From NCBI GenBank assembly GCA_964057225.1, contig OZ059899.1:14880001-14944000 (forward strand): a DNA stretch of 64,000 nucleotides. The letters run 5' to 3'. The DNA is from Auanema rhodensis (taxonomy: Eukaryota > Animalia > Nematoda). The translations under genes were made by a program, and so were the position numbers. How positions within the stretch are numbered: the stretch's first letter is position 1; each line of letters starts with the position of its first letter. This document shows positions 50,936 to 64,000 of the stretch, piece by piece. The notes below the pieces were generated by a model that searched no databases, was not told the DNA's origin, and saw only the letters and a program-made list of their open reading frames with translations.

Positions 50936-52766
50936 ATGGATAAGAAATTGGAAGAAATAACTGATTTTCGAGATGAATATTTCGAAAAACATCCTGGTGC
51001 AAAGGAAGATGACCTTATTGCTGCATTAGAAAAGAAATATTCCCAGTTTGTCGAGGTGAGAAATTGTTCCGGGATAGTAATGAAAAGCTTTCTATATATA
51101 TTGTTTTTCTGATTGTCTCTTGATTCAGGAAATAAATTTACAAGAAACTCCTAAAGATTCCAAAACATACTTTTTCTTGTTGGGAGAGCTGTATAACATA
51201 TCTCCTCGATATGAACCTCGAGCCGAATTATATTTAAGCAAAGCCGTCAAATTAGGTTTTTCAAATATTTTGCAATAGGTATTCATATAAGTAACTATCA
51301 AATTCAGATATTAATATGGTTCCAGCTTGGCTAGAGCTTGCAGTTTTAATGTCTAAAAAGAAAGATCCCGATTTTGCAATATATTGTTGTGAGGTAGATT
51401 TTAATTTCGATTATTATTTGCCCTTATCTATATTTATAATAAAAAACTTTCAAGTACATTTCGATTTCCTTAATTAGCATTCTCTTAAATTGATATTTTA
51501 GAAGTCGTTGGAGCATGAACGGACAAGCAAAGCCCTTTACATGCTCTCCTGCGTATTGAGAATGAAAGCAATGCAACAAACAAATCTCAGTTATCATGAA
51601 AAAAATGAACTTTTGTAAGTTCATGATATTTTAATCTTTTATTGACTGACTGTTTTTCAGTCGAAGAGCAATGGCTTGTGGGATTGAAGCTGTTGCGCTA
51701 GACCCGCAGTGCGGCAAAGCTCACGTATATTTAGGAAATAGCTATTTTGTACATTTCGTTCGATCTAATAGCAGTTTTCAAGTTCTGGTAAATTGATAGT
51801 ATCAGATTAACTGTGGAATATCTGTTTATTTAGGAAAATGCAGCGGAATGTTATCGAAGAGCTTTAAAGTGCGGCTCAGAATTTAGAAATCCTGATCTTC
51901 ATCTGAATTATAGCGAAGTTTTGAAGTACTTGATATATAATTTTATTTTTCTTCAATTAATCTTTTAGATATAAACAAGATTATGGTGGAGCATTACATC
52001 ATTTGAGGTTGGCAAAGCGATTTGATCCATCCGCTACTCCGAAGGAAAAATATGAAAATTTGGTTACCTTCTTAAGTAACATACATGGTTGCATTGAGAA
52101 AAAAGGTATTTTTTTTGTGCGAATAAAGAAGTTTGAATACTTTCCAATTCAGGGAAGATCAAACCACGAAAATATCAGGAAACTTTGGAATCGTTGCAGA
52201 AATGGGAAGCAAAAATTGAGTCAAGAAAACATGTACAGTTTTTGTATTAAAAGTTGATGTTTTACACTCTATGTTTGCAGGTAGTCGATAACAAAGTCTG
52301 TAATACATATTCGAATTTGAAAGTTGGGGAAAATTCTCAAACGATTATGGTTGTTTCAGTGGTTGCTACTTTATCACACGAAGAACAAATTCCTTCGTAA
52401 GATTTTTAATTGCCTAATTAATTGTTTAAACCATTTTCTGTTCAGGACAGTTGTAGTCATTGATCGTACTGGATGTGCTTTTGCTGTAATGATCTATAAT
52501 GCTGGATCATCCTTTGGTTTCATTATAGGAGATGTTGTTGAGATCAAGAATCCTACTGTCGTTGTAGCTGAGGTATCATTCTTTAATCAAAGTGATCTGT
52601 GCTTTAACGATAATTTAATTTTCAGAATTTGAGAGTTTCTGAGACTAAGACTATTTCTGAATTAAAAATGATTCATGTGAATAATCCCACTCAACTTTCA
52701 CGAAATGGGGTTGCAATTCAGCCAGCGCACGTTGCTCCTACAAGCTTCATGCTAACAGACTCTTAG
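50936..52766 (+). CDS. TTC5: Tetratricopeptide repeat protein 5 (TTC5/STRAP) homologue, multi-exon, TPR repeats plus C-terminal OB-fold
   Basis: MDKKLEEITDFRDEYFEKHP (cf. TTC5 LYSFRDCYFETH), LGELYNISPRYEPRAELYLSKAVKL (cf. [24 protein letters not shown]), NPDLHLN, FAVMIYNAGSSFGFIIGDVVEIKNP, IHVNNPTQLSRNG; TAG at 52764-52766. Confidence 0.88.
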
Positions 52767-55700
52767 TATTATTTCAAATTAGGGATTATCCAGTATAACT
52801 AGTCGTATAAGACAGAATGCTTAAGTGATTTTAAGAGAGTGGAAAACACTCACTTCTAACTATATATGACTATCACTGCATGCATGTGCTACCGAAAGGA
52901 AATCCCTCACTTCGAAGTCGCGAACAATCTGCTGGCTTTTCGCTTTTCCTTATCGAATCTCTTTCGTTGAAGCAGATAATGCAATATGCGTAACAAATTT
53001 TTCTTCTGCTCTTTCGTTTCATCTCCACGAAAATCGTCGGTTTTCTGGAATTGCCTCCTCGCTTTTATTGTTTCATTTGCGCATAATGATTCCATACTTA
53101 TAACTGGTCCACTGTTTTCAAATGAGAATCTCATACTTCGCTTATAACTTTGATCTCTTTCATAATAAATCTTAGTCGAATCAAAATAAATGTATAAATA
53201 TTGCATGGTTCCATATCTTATTAATGAAATTTCAAATCAAAAAATAGATGATAGCCACAAATTCAATGCTGACCAGTCTCTTACTAATGAGAATTGCAGT
53301 GCTTAGTTTTTTTAGTTCATGTCTAAGAGTTATCGTTGCGAATAAACTTGATCTCTGATTGTTACCAGCATTGTTCAATGAGCAATTTTGGAAAAAAAAA
53401 GATTTTAGTGCATCTGAAACATAAATATTGTCTGTCATGTTCTTAGTTTTAGTAGGAGTTCGCATATTTAGGCTTCTGCACGTGCAACTTCATCAGCTAC
53501 ATGGATGTTGCAGTAGATAACGTTAATGGAAAAGTAAAGTAAAACGGTGACACAGTCATCTGGAAGACAAAGAAACCATATCAGTAAGGTTGTGAGTTAT
53601 TGGAAAGTTGAAAGTATGAATGTAAGTTAGCTTTCAATTCTGTGCTGTACGTTTAATCCGTCATCATCTGAATGAATAGAAAGGCTGTTTTCGAACGAAA
53701 AAATCAGCAGAAGAAAAGAATAAAACTTCTATCTGAATTGCTTCTACTTGCAAATTGAATGAAAAATAGAAACATAAGGATAAATGATGTACGTAAACCA
53801 CTACATAACTAGAAAATGGCAGATTTATGTTAAATAATTAAATTAGAAATAACTCATTTACACCCAAAAAAATGTTATTAGAAACAGTTGAAAGATTGTT
53901 TTGAAGAGATTAAGATAATTATATAACAGTTATTCATACTAACGTCTTACTATATGACACGCAAGCAGCTCAACACGAATGCAGTTCAATCAAAAGTGAA
54001 AGAAGATTCATTTATAGCTGATCATCATGACATTTTCCTTTTTGCTTTTTGTTCGTCTTACTGGACATTAGACAGCTACACCTCTCCCTCTCCCTCCCCT
54101 CTCTTTCTCTCTCTCTCTTTCTCTTTCTCTCTCTATCTTTCCATCTTCGTTTGCGTCTGAGCTCTTATGAAAGTGAGTGTCCATCCTATTACGGCTGCTG
54201 TGTTCTCATCCAACATCCTCACTCCTCCACCCTCATTTTCTATTTTTGCAATTAAATTCTTTCCAGAGACTACAGCATATGTTCGAACGCCCTTTTAATA
54301 TTCCCAAATATCTAACTTTGGCATTTTTTCGTTTTTAATTCATTCAGAAACATTAGTATAGAAGATATACCTTCACCATACTTGCATTCTGAACAGCTTT
54401 ATATAGCTTTGTGACGTAAGTTGGATACTTATGAGTTGTACCACACAAGCTGTTCTTCTTCTACCTTTATTATTCTCAATCCTATCATCTTACGTTTAAT
54501 TTATGCTAATTATTAATGAAACCACATTCATTTAAAGTTCAAAATGCACATGAATCGGTTGTTTTTCTAAAATCACATACATGTCTATGCTTGTACATTT
54601 CAGATTGTGACGACATGGTGAATTGGTTCTAAGTTCAACTTCAATCACATATACAACATACACGTCTATTATTCTCAGAACATTATTCTCCCTTCATATT
54701 CTCTCTGCACATTCATGGGAAGTGAGGTCTTTCGTTGAAGCTCTGATTAGTTTCGTGCTATATTTCGTGGTTCTTCGTCTTTTTTTTTTTTTTGTGGCTC
54801 GTCTCATGTCTCATTCTTCTGAGAAGCCTATATACCACCTATTGAACCTCACTATCTCGTTTGTGGTATGTTCTCTCTTTATTTATTTCCGGTTTCAATT
54901 GCTTCCCTGTTTCGTCATCATACACCTTCCCATATCCCCTTCCTTTCGTCCAGGTTTTCAGTATTGTCTTTGAAATTCCAAAAATATTCAAAGTTGAAAC
55001 CGTTGCATCTTTAATCTTTCTTTCGCTATTTCATTTCCCTTCATTTCTCCCTTCTTCAGTTATTTGAATTTCTTCAATTCTTTCTATAAAATCTAAATAC
55101 ATCTATCATTATCTTATTTTCTCGTATTTGTGTCTTCAACATTCTCCTGCACATTCATTCAATTGCTCAAAATCCCATTTTTCTGTTTCTTTCTCTCAAC
55201 ATTGCTCTTTGAAATCTTTTAAGAATTAAAATCAAAACCACCTGCTATGAATTTAAGATTTTTATGGATCTTACAGTTGTTCTTTTATATTTTTTTCAAA
55301 GATCTCATCCTATCATCACATAACGTCTTCAACGAGCACTTCCACCTTCTCAATCTTGTGTCAAATTTCGCTTCTGAATACGCAGATGACGATTAAGATG
55401 ACAAAAGCAAATATACCTAAAAGGTTTTTTCTTATAATTTTCCAAATTAAAACCTAGTTAGAAAACAAGCCATTATTATGAATCATTAATGAATAAAAGC
55501 ATTACATGTCTTATTTCAATCTAATTGCCTACATGGTTTATTCACTTTATTTGTATATAATTAGCAAAATTATATATTTTTTATCGAAATAATCACAATT
55601 TATTCAACAAAAAAGGAAAAAGAGATGAAAGGTTTCGCAGCTCTACTGAGCAACAGCACGGTATCCGTAGTTTGAACGCAGGTCCGCGCTGCTTGAATGG

Positions 55701-57196
55701 CGCGGAAAAGATGAACATTAATGGAATGAGAACAGAAGGAAGACCAAAGTTTTCTTGACTATCATCCATGTTCCTGTATGCTGAAATCTCCTGGGCAACA
55801 TTTTGCAAAACTCCTTTATGCCTATGATTTTCTAATAACATGCATATGTGCACATATGTCAGGACATTCGTCGAAGCAAAGCTATTCCACTTACCTGTGT
55901 CGAATTGCTTGTCTACTCACCGATTTTTTTCCGTTTCTTGCGAAAAAAATAAGCTAAAGAACACTTTTTTTTTCTTCAAATAATATTATATGAGTTTTTG
56001 TTTACAAAAATTAGATTTTTTGTTTGTATTTCGTTACATGAAAGCTTAATTTCTTACATTAGCTATGTGCCCTTCCGTATCTCATTGTTTCATCTTTTCT
56101 TTCATTTTAGATGAAACACTGAAATGGAAATAAGCTTCTAGTATTACTTGTAATGTCTTGTTCATTACTTCGTTTGGTCTTTATGTTCTTCTTACCTCAG
56201 CTCTTCTATTCTGTCCTTGTTCTATCCTTCGTCGTCTTCGTCGTGCTCTTCTGCTTTAGATTGTCGTCAAACGTCTATGCTTCATAAGCCAGAATAGACG
56301 ATGATTTATTTCTAAGCCACTTGTTACTCTTGACTTCAGATGACATGTCTTCTGATGTTTGTAATCCTAGAACATGTTAGTGCTTTCTCAATGATTTATT
56401 TAAATCTCAAAAACCTTTTTTTGCATCATTTTAAAGGTGGAATTAAGAACATTTCTTCCAGTTATTTTGCAACACCTTGTGCAGCAGCATCCTATATTAC
56501 ATGCACATTCTGTCTTTTTTTCTTTTTTCTTTCATTTCAAGTAAAAGCCTGCTCCTCCCTCCACTTCTCCTCATCCTGTCTATCACTTGACTATATCTTA
56601 TTTCTAAGTTTCAACTTGAAAACTTATCAAAAACTTGAACCATTTGAGAATGAAATGTCATAAAGCTTTATCCATAACTATATGCATATGTCTATCAGTT
56701 TTGTTTTTTAAATTCTTTTCTTTTACAAACTCACTTATACATTGTTTGTAGCAGAAAAGATCTCATAGCTTTGCGATCAACAATCTGCATGGCACATCAA
56801 TCTGCTTTTTCCAGAGTTCTTATCAAACTTTGCCATTTTCTTGCAATTTCCATATAGTAGTATATCCAATCCAATATTATCAATGAATGAAAAGAGAAAA
56901 AAACTTTTTATCCTTTCAATAACTTTGCATAGGCCAGACATCAGAGAAAGCATCAAAACATTTCGTTAAGCCAATTCATTTGGATTTGTAAATTTCATAT
57001 TGAAAATCACAAATTGTTTTGTTAATATTCATTATTCTTGGATATCTTAGATGTTCTACATGTACGCAAGACAATTTTGCTTCGGCTGATGATGATGTTG
57101 ACGTTGCTGTTGCTGCTTCTACTCTGCTACTGCCTACCGTCGCAGCCTCCTCTTGTCCTAAGTCATCTTCAGTTTTGACGATATCACTTGCCCTTT

Positions 57197-57310
57197 CTAC
57201 TCTCTCTCTCTCTCTTTCTCTCCTTCTCTCTCTTTCTCTCTTTCTCTCTTTCTCTCTTTCTCTCCTTCTCTCTCTTTCTGTCTTTCTCTCTTTCTTTCTG
57301 ATTCTCTCCC
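57197..57310. repeat. Imperfect CT-rich polypyrimidine tract
   Basis: Degenerate (CT)n/(CTTT) run. Confidence 0.8.
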
Positions 57311-60022
57311 TTCAGTTCATATAATTCTCATCATTGCCATTATTATAATATTTCTGACCACTATTGCTCTTGACTATAATCATCTTTCGTCGTGAAAACA
57401 AGACCGTTCACATGTTCCTTGTCTTCCAATCATCGTTGGAGTTGTCTAATGATTATCTGTATTATGGATAAGTTTTTGATTTTTGTTTTCTACAATAAAA
57501 AAAACTGAAAACATAATTTTGAATGTCAATGAATACAAACAGATGGGAAGACTCTTCTTCTATTGATCTAATCCTCTTGTTTCCAATTTCATCAACTTGT
57601 TTTATTAATCATAGGGAATCTTAACAATTGAAACTCTATAAAGTTGATGAAAGACCAAGAATATAATACAGAGAGTTGACAAGAATAAGAGAGAGAGAGA
57701 TGAGGGGGGTAGAGGTAGGACGAGGACGAGAGAAGGAAGTAGCAACATACACACATGTAGCAATGTCATATACGTAAGATGATTTGAAAAATAGAATAAC
57801 ACAGAAGCACATGAATATAATCTAGATTTCTTCTTATTTTTTATTGAAAATTAGCCTTTAATCTTATTTTCCGTTGTTGTTTTATAGATTCCGTTTCGGC
57901 TTATAGCTTCTTCATCTTCGTCTCCTTTTCTACTTTTTCTAAAACTTCAGAAGATGACTATTCTTTGGTAGCGCCTGCCAGCATGTTCAATTCTTCTTAT
58001 TCTTCATACTTTCACATATTTTTTCTCTGAATATTCATTCCCAATATTTTTATTTTTTCGTTCCATTTCTTTCAATACTTCATTCTTTTCTCATTTTTTT
58101 TGAACCTAATTCAAGGCAGTATTATCCAAAGTTGAATCAAAACCTTTTCGATATTCTCGACTCCCGGAGATACATACTGTGCTGCTTAAGCTATTGGCCT
58201 TCATCTAATCTGCCAGTATCAAACAAGTGCCGTTCGTTCGTGCTCTGAAGCAAGCTTCTCGCTTCGTTCACACATGCAGCAACTAGCAAAGCTTGACCAA
58301 AAGCAGCATTTTTTGCAACTTCCCAACGCATTATGGTATGCCTTTCACAAAGCATCAATACATTTCTATTCTTATCTTGAATTTCTTGAATTTCTAATCA
58401 ATTTCACTTGATTACGTTTTTTTTTTCCATTTTTTTGCAACTTCTGATGAACTCTTACACACACCCACCCTCCTACTTCTTGATCAACTAACTTCTTTAG
58501 AGTTTTAAAAGAAATCTTTGATATCATGCGAAAATCTAGAAATAGCATTTAATTGAACTAATTAATTATTGATTGAAATCTGAAATTTTTTTAATGATTT
58601 AAAGAAAAGTCTGTCATGAATCAACTTAAAAAGTTACTTCTTTTTCACATATTTACTTCGTTTTACTTTATATTTTTCGAATATTATTTGGAATAAACAT
58701 GACAGACAGCTTTTGTGAGTTGGAATTTCATGTCAATAGTTAAGGAGCGAAGTATATATATTCTCTCCCTCTCTACCTCTCTCTCCCTCTCTCTCTCTCA
58801 ATCCCTCTCTCCCCCTCTCCCTCTCTGTCTTCCAAAAAAAATGCTTAAGAAGAGAACATTGGCCAACGAAATTCTAAATTCATCTACATATGCTCATGAA
58901 CATAGATGAATTTAAGAGATTTAGATATGAAAAATCTATTTATTGCATCATATTTCTTAACGAGCTCGTAATGGGATTTGCAAACTGATCTAAGCTATCA
59001 CTTTCTGCTCTCCTTCGTCATTGTGCTCATCTTCTTCATTCACTCTTTTCATATTTCACTCAAACGATTTGACATGCGAATCAGACTAATTAGTGTTTGC
59101 ACTTCGCTTCTTCGATATTCACGTCGTGCCATCATCAGCGTAGTCGTCGTTGTAATCGTCGTTGTCGTCGTCGTCGTCGTCGTTGACCTTTGTCGATGTG
59201 CTGTAACTGTTGTGTGTCCTGCTCCAACATCATTATCAGACAGAAGAGCAGTCGAATCAGTAAAAGTCTCACCAAAGATCCCTGTCTAATTCCACTTTTT
59301 TTTCTTTTTAATTCTATCTTTAGCCATTGTTCTTTTGAACATTTTTCTGATATCTTCCTCATAATTTTACGATCTTTTCGATTATTTTCGGTCAATTCAT
59401 CCATGCTTTATAAAGCTTCCGGATTACTGACATTTCAATTATTTCCTCATGTCGACTTCATAATCAGATCAAAAACTATTCATTTATGTCTAAATTTAAC
59501 TATCATTTATAATATCTTAAAGAATTAGATAGACTCATCTACTATATCTAACCTATTCATCTGCTATGCTTTCTCGTGTTGCCGTATTTTTGCTATGGCC
59601 CTCTTGGCTAGTTCAAGACCTAGCACACAGCCTCAGCACATCCATGATCCTTCTGATGTATCTTGGGCTTTTTCATTTTTGCTTTTCTTACACAACGACA
59701 TGTATAGTACAGATGATTCTCCTTCAGTATCCATATTCATATCCGATTTATCTAATCCAAAAGATTTAATGACTGTCTGGCAGACAACCACATTGACACT
59801 AACACATGAGAGGTCTGTCCTCTTCCTTATTCGCTCCAATTCTCTTCATTTCGTTTACCCTCTCATCAAACTAAGAAAAATGAATTAGAGGATAACAGCA
59901 AATTATTTCCGTTGACAGAAGCAAATCAAGCTCAAAAAGTTATGAAAAGTTGAAACGAACAACTAGTCATGAAGATGAATTGCCTCTTCTTACTATTCTC
60001 TCTGTATTTCTTGTATTCAATA

Positions 60023-60054
<32 letters not shown>

Positions 60055-60634
60055 GATTTCTTTCTCTCACTCCTTTTAACCTCTTTTTCCTACTTAATTA
60101 CTCTTCCCTCTATCGTCCTACTCTGTCACATCGTGAATATTATGGTGCACCAAAAAAAGGCAACATCTTCTGGACGTCGACAAACAACCTCAGCGTCTGG
60201 CCGTTGACATTCTTCTGAATGATGAGACAATGGTTGATAGGAGAGAGAAAGAGAGAGAGAGTAAGAGAGAGAGGGAGAGCATATCTCGTGTGTAGTGCCT
60301 ATCTCACAAGATATGTCCGAAGAACTCTATGAACTTACAACTTAACCATATTTAACTAAAAGAAGGGAGACAACTATCTTGTCGACTTTTAATGAAACAA
60401 TCAGCAAGAAAACATTAGAAAAACAGATTATAAGAGAATTTATTTGTGATATATACAAAGCAATTTGTATGACGACAAATCTACCACACACATACATATA
60501 CACATTTTTGTCTTTTTCAACATACCATTGTTGCCATGCTAATATCCCTAATCTTCTTTCTTTTTCTTTAATTTTATTATAATAATAGACAAAAAAAAGT
60601 TCTTTTTCTCTCTTTCCCTCTCTCTCGCTCACTA

Positions 60635-60637
<3 letters not shown>

Positions 60638-60676
<39 letters not shown>

Positions 60677-60881
60677 GATTTTGGTCTAGAATTGTCTTTA
60701 GATATCAAGTATTAGGTGAAATCAACACGAAAACCTAACTCTTTGACTTGTTTTTCATGTCTTTCATTGCTACTTGATTTCTGAGTAATGGTGATCTTTA
60801 TCCTTGTTTAACTACTACTACGTATACTTCCGAAATCCAAATATCTTTGTTACTACAATTTCACCATATATAAAGAGAGAG

Positions 60882-60936
<55 letters not shown>
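60638..60936. repeat. (CT)n at ~60638-60673 and (GA)n at ~60874-60936
   Basis: Direct dinucleotide runs in opposite orientation. Confidence 0.85.
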
Positions 60937-60938
<2 letters not shown>

Positions 60939-61450
60939 TATATTCGCTTCTTTAGATAAACTTGAAATAAACAAAAAAGGAAAATATATTTCCTTTATAG
61001 AATTTGACAGCAGTAGCCAATGAATGAGGAAGTATTCTGATAGATCAAATGAGTTAGATTTGGAATTAAAGAATGTTCCATAAGGTCTTCGTATATATAG
61101 ATGGACGTCTGAGACAGAATCTAGACCAATGCAATATAGAGAAGCTTTGTATAGTTTGTTCTATTAAGATCAGATTGTTTATGTTGATATAAAATTAGTT
61201 GTTATTTATTTCTATTTTTAAATTTTTCATTTACTTTACCTTCTTTTATATTTTTTTGTGGAGATCTCAGAGAGGGACAGAGAGAGAGAGAGAGAGAGGG
61301 GGACGGAAAAGGAGAGATAAAAAAGGAAGGAGGGATGGAGGCTGGTGGTAATGAGATAAAAATGGAATTATATATTATGCATATAGTATGTGCATTTTGA
61401 TATATTGAATTTTTACTCCCTTCCTGTCTGGACTTTCTCTTTCTCTCTTT

Positions 61451-61490
<40 letters not shown>

Positions 61491-63034
61491 GTTTTTTTCT
61501 CCCTCTTTTAAAGGCATTTTAAAGAGATTTGATATGCAACCTAGTTTGTTCTTTATTGTTGTTTATAGTTTATTTCGAGCTTTTTCTCTTCATTTAGTCT
61601 CTACATTAGCTTTTTTTCTTTTTTTTTCAATACAGCAATATGTCAGCGTAAGTTTTTAGTTATATTATTAAAACTTTGATTTGATTTTCACTTAAAGCAT
61701 AGTAAAGATAAATTATATTTTGTTGTTGTCTCTTACATCATCACCGTTGTTGTCTTTGTCTCCTTTATCATTATAATCATTATATTTCAAAAAATAACTC
61801 GCCGAAATCAACAGTTTATTTTACTGAAAAAAGAAGAAAAAAAAAAGAAAATTTAAAATAATATAATATGCTAATTAGTATTATGATATGCGTGAAACAC
61901 ACGTGAACATCAATTAGTACTATGTATTTTAACCACTGCAGTTGCTGTGAACGGTTGATCTTAATCAACATAGAGTCTCTTCTCACATGATCTATGTCTC
62001 ATGTTTCTGAGAGTCTCTTGTGCTCTTCCGAATCTTCAGAGTGACGTTCGACGACGTCTATTCATCAGCCATTTTTGCAGTTTAATGTACATATGTACAT
62101 AATTTGACCCAGCTTTAAGTTTGTAACTACTTCAAAATTCTAATAAGTTCATGAATCGTGATGATGTTTTTGAAAAACTCTCCAAAATAACCAAAGAATT
62201 TCTGGAATGCCCTTTAACAAAAAATAAGCGGACGACAACATATGAGATTATGTGAAATAACTTTAAATGATCAAAAACAAAAGAAAGTTTGCAATTTTTA
62301 CTATATATAGTTATAATAAATAGAAATATGCTATGTACTAATAGAAAAGAGCAACAAGGTAAGCTACAAGTTAGAAATTTGCCAATGTCTAATCAAAGCT
62401 GGTCGGCCGTCACTAAAACTTCCCCCGACCTACCCCCCCCCCTTTTCTCTTCCAAGCACCCACCATAAAGAGCAACACACAACCATATCATGATCATCGT
62501 TATCGCGTGTCGTCATTATCAGAATCTGAATTTTATCAAAAAAAATTTATATTTTTCATTTCTTTTTTTTTGTTTTTATCCGTATAAAGTTTTTTTTGAT
62601 TCAAATTAAGTAGACTGTATGAGAAGTTGATATATCACTTTCATAGTGATAGAACAAGCGTGAAATTATTCTTAAGCTTGTTGCAAATTAAATTTTTTGT
62701 TGTAAAAATATTGAAAAAAGAAAAAAAAACGAAAACAACTGATTTGGTTTTCCTTTTACTCCTAACACTACCTCCTCTTCATCCTCCACCACCACCACAT
62801 GTACCCATCATTGTCGTCGTTTCAATCATGCAGCTGTTCTTTCTCTCAGAGTAAAACAGTAAATGTTCTTCTTCTTTTTCTTCATATATTGAAGATTTTC
62901 AGTTATTTTGAAAATTTTGATCTTAATATTCATTCGATTTTGTAGGCGACATTCTTATATTTGAATTCAAAGATTCTGAATATGTTCAAAATGTTTCTTT
63001 TTCGAAGATTAGTGGCTTTTGAACACAATTTTGT

Positions 63035-63037
<3 letters not shown>

Positions 63038-63087
<50 letters not shown>

Positions 63088-63507
63088 GATTATTTACTTT
63101 TTCTATGTATTATCATAAGTATATGTATAGAATCATATCAAGAATGTTGGGATAAAAACAAGTAACTTCAGAATCGGTTCAAATTTTCTTTCAAAATTCT
63201 TTTTCCGTGTGAAGTGATTAGTTCAAAAAATTAAATTTGTATATTGGTTGTTTGATATCAAAGACTACCATTTCTCTCTCTCTCTCTCTTTCTCTCACTC
63301 TCTCACTCTCTCACCACTTTTTTCAGGCTTCTCAATTTCGTTTTTGTTGATTATTATGTTCATATATGTATATCTATATATCTATATATACTAAAATAAT
63401 AATATATTTATTTAAATTTGAAACTTTTTCGATTAATTTTCAAAGTTTCACGAATAATTTTTCCTCAACGTATCAATGATCTTAAGACAAAATATTTCTT
63501 CCAATCA

Positions 63508-63550
<43 letters not shown>
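63038..63550. repeat. (CT)n microsatellites at ~63038-63083, ~63273-63312 and ~63512-63550
   Basis: Direct dinucleotide runs. Confidence 0.85.
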
Positions 63551-63553
<3 letters not shown>

Positions 63554-64000
63554 ATATTTCTTTGTAAAGCTATGAACATACATAGTACTACGTACATGTG
63601 TCCTGATACTAGAGGATCAATTACAGATCAGATTCCATCTGAACTCTAGCTTACAGCTTTAACATCCCAGCTTTTACTATATCCTATCACTTGAATTATA
63701 CATGTAAATATCAATGTTCAAAGTAATATTTTATATTTTTCGTTTCATCCTCATACCAGAGAGCAGTAGCGTAGCCTTTGTATGATGTTGCTCATTGCTC
63801 ACATCTTGTATTGTATACAAATCTTTTCAGATACATCTGCATCAACATCTATCATCAGAGAAAAGCCGGTCAGAGTTCATCACCCTCTCTTCAATAGCAT
63901 TTTCGTGCAAGTTTTTACTTATTTTTATGAAAAAAAAAACAATTATGATGGAATGAAAACAATAGTTTTGAGTTTCTCAAATATAAAATATTTTGAAAAA

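Noticed and set aside
52800-64000. Many hydrophobic or SLSLSL ORFs in the ORF track (also at 1267-1915, 6827-10570)
   Set aside because: Arise from (CT)n/T-rich low-complexity DNA, mostly non-ATG starts, no splice-consistent gene model or domain recognised

Overview
Eukaryotic, AT-rich DNA, almost certainly a nematode (40-60 bp introns, TTTCAG acceptors, nematode-type tRNA-Leu, hum-1-like myosin). Host genes: the 3' exons of a small unknown + strand gene (2.6-2.9 kb), an SLC6/SNF Na+-dependent transporter (- strand, 3144-6058), tRNA-Leu(AAG), a class I myosin (hum-1-like, 10687-15421) and a TTC5/STRAP homologue (50936-52766), followed by ~11 kb of microsatellite-rich sequence with no coding I can support. 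Between the myosin and TTC5 genes lies a ~34.2 kb insertion bracketed by a 452-bp direct duplication of host intergenic DNA (15508-15959 = 50179-50630, 2 substitutions seen). The insertion contains, in order: a decayed tRNA-like head, a GC-rich 15-bp minisatellite that reads as an acidic EDQEP peptide repeat, ~130 copies of a 200-bp satellite, three tandem 1911-bp units and ~6 more satellite monomers. Each 1911-bp unit carries a pseudogenised Maverick/Polinton-type (adenain-like) cysteine protease fragment tail-to-tail with an intact, four-exon 223-aa gene that the ORF track only shows in fragments and that resembles prokaryotic PaREP1-type HEPN proteins. This satellite-embedded, virus-like-transposon-associated, spliced HEPN-like cassette is the main candidate for an undescribed system. 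Family assignments come from motif recognition by eye, not from database searches.
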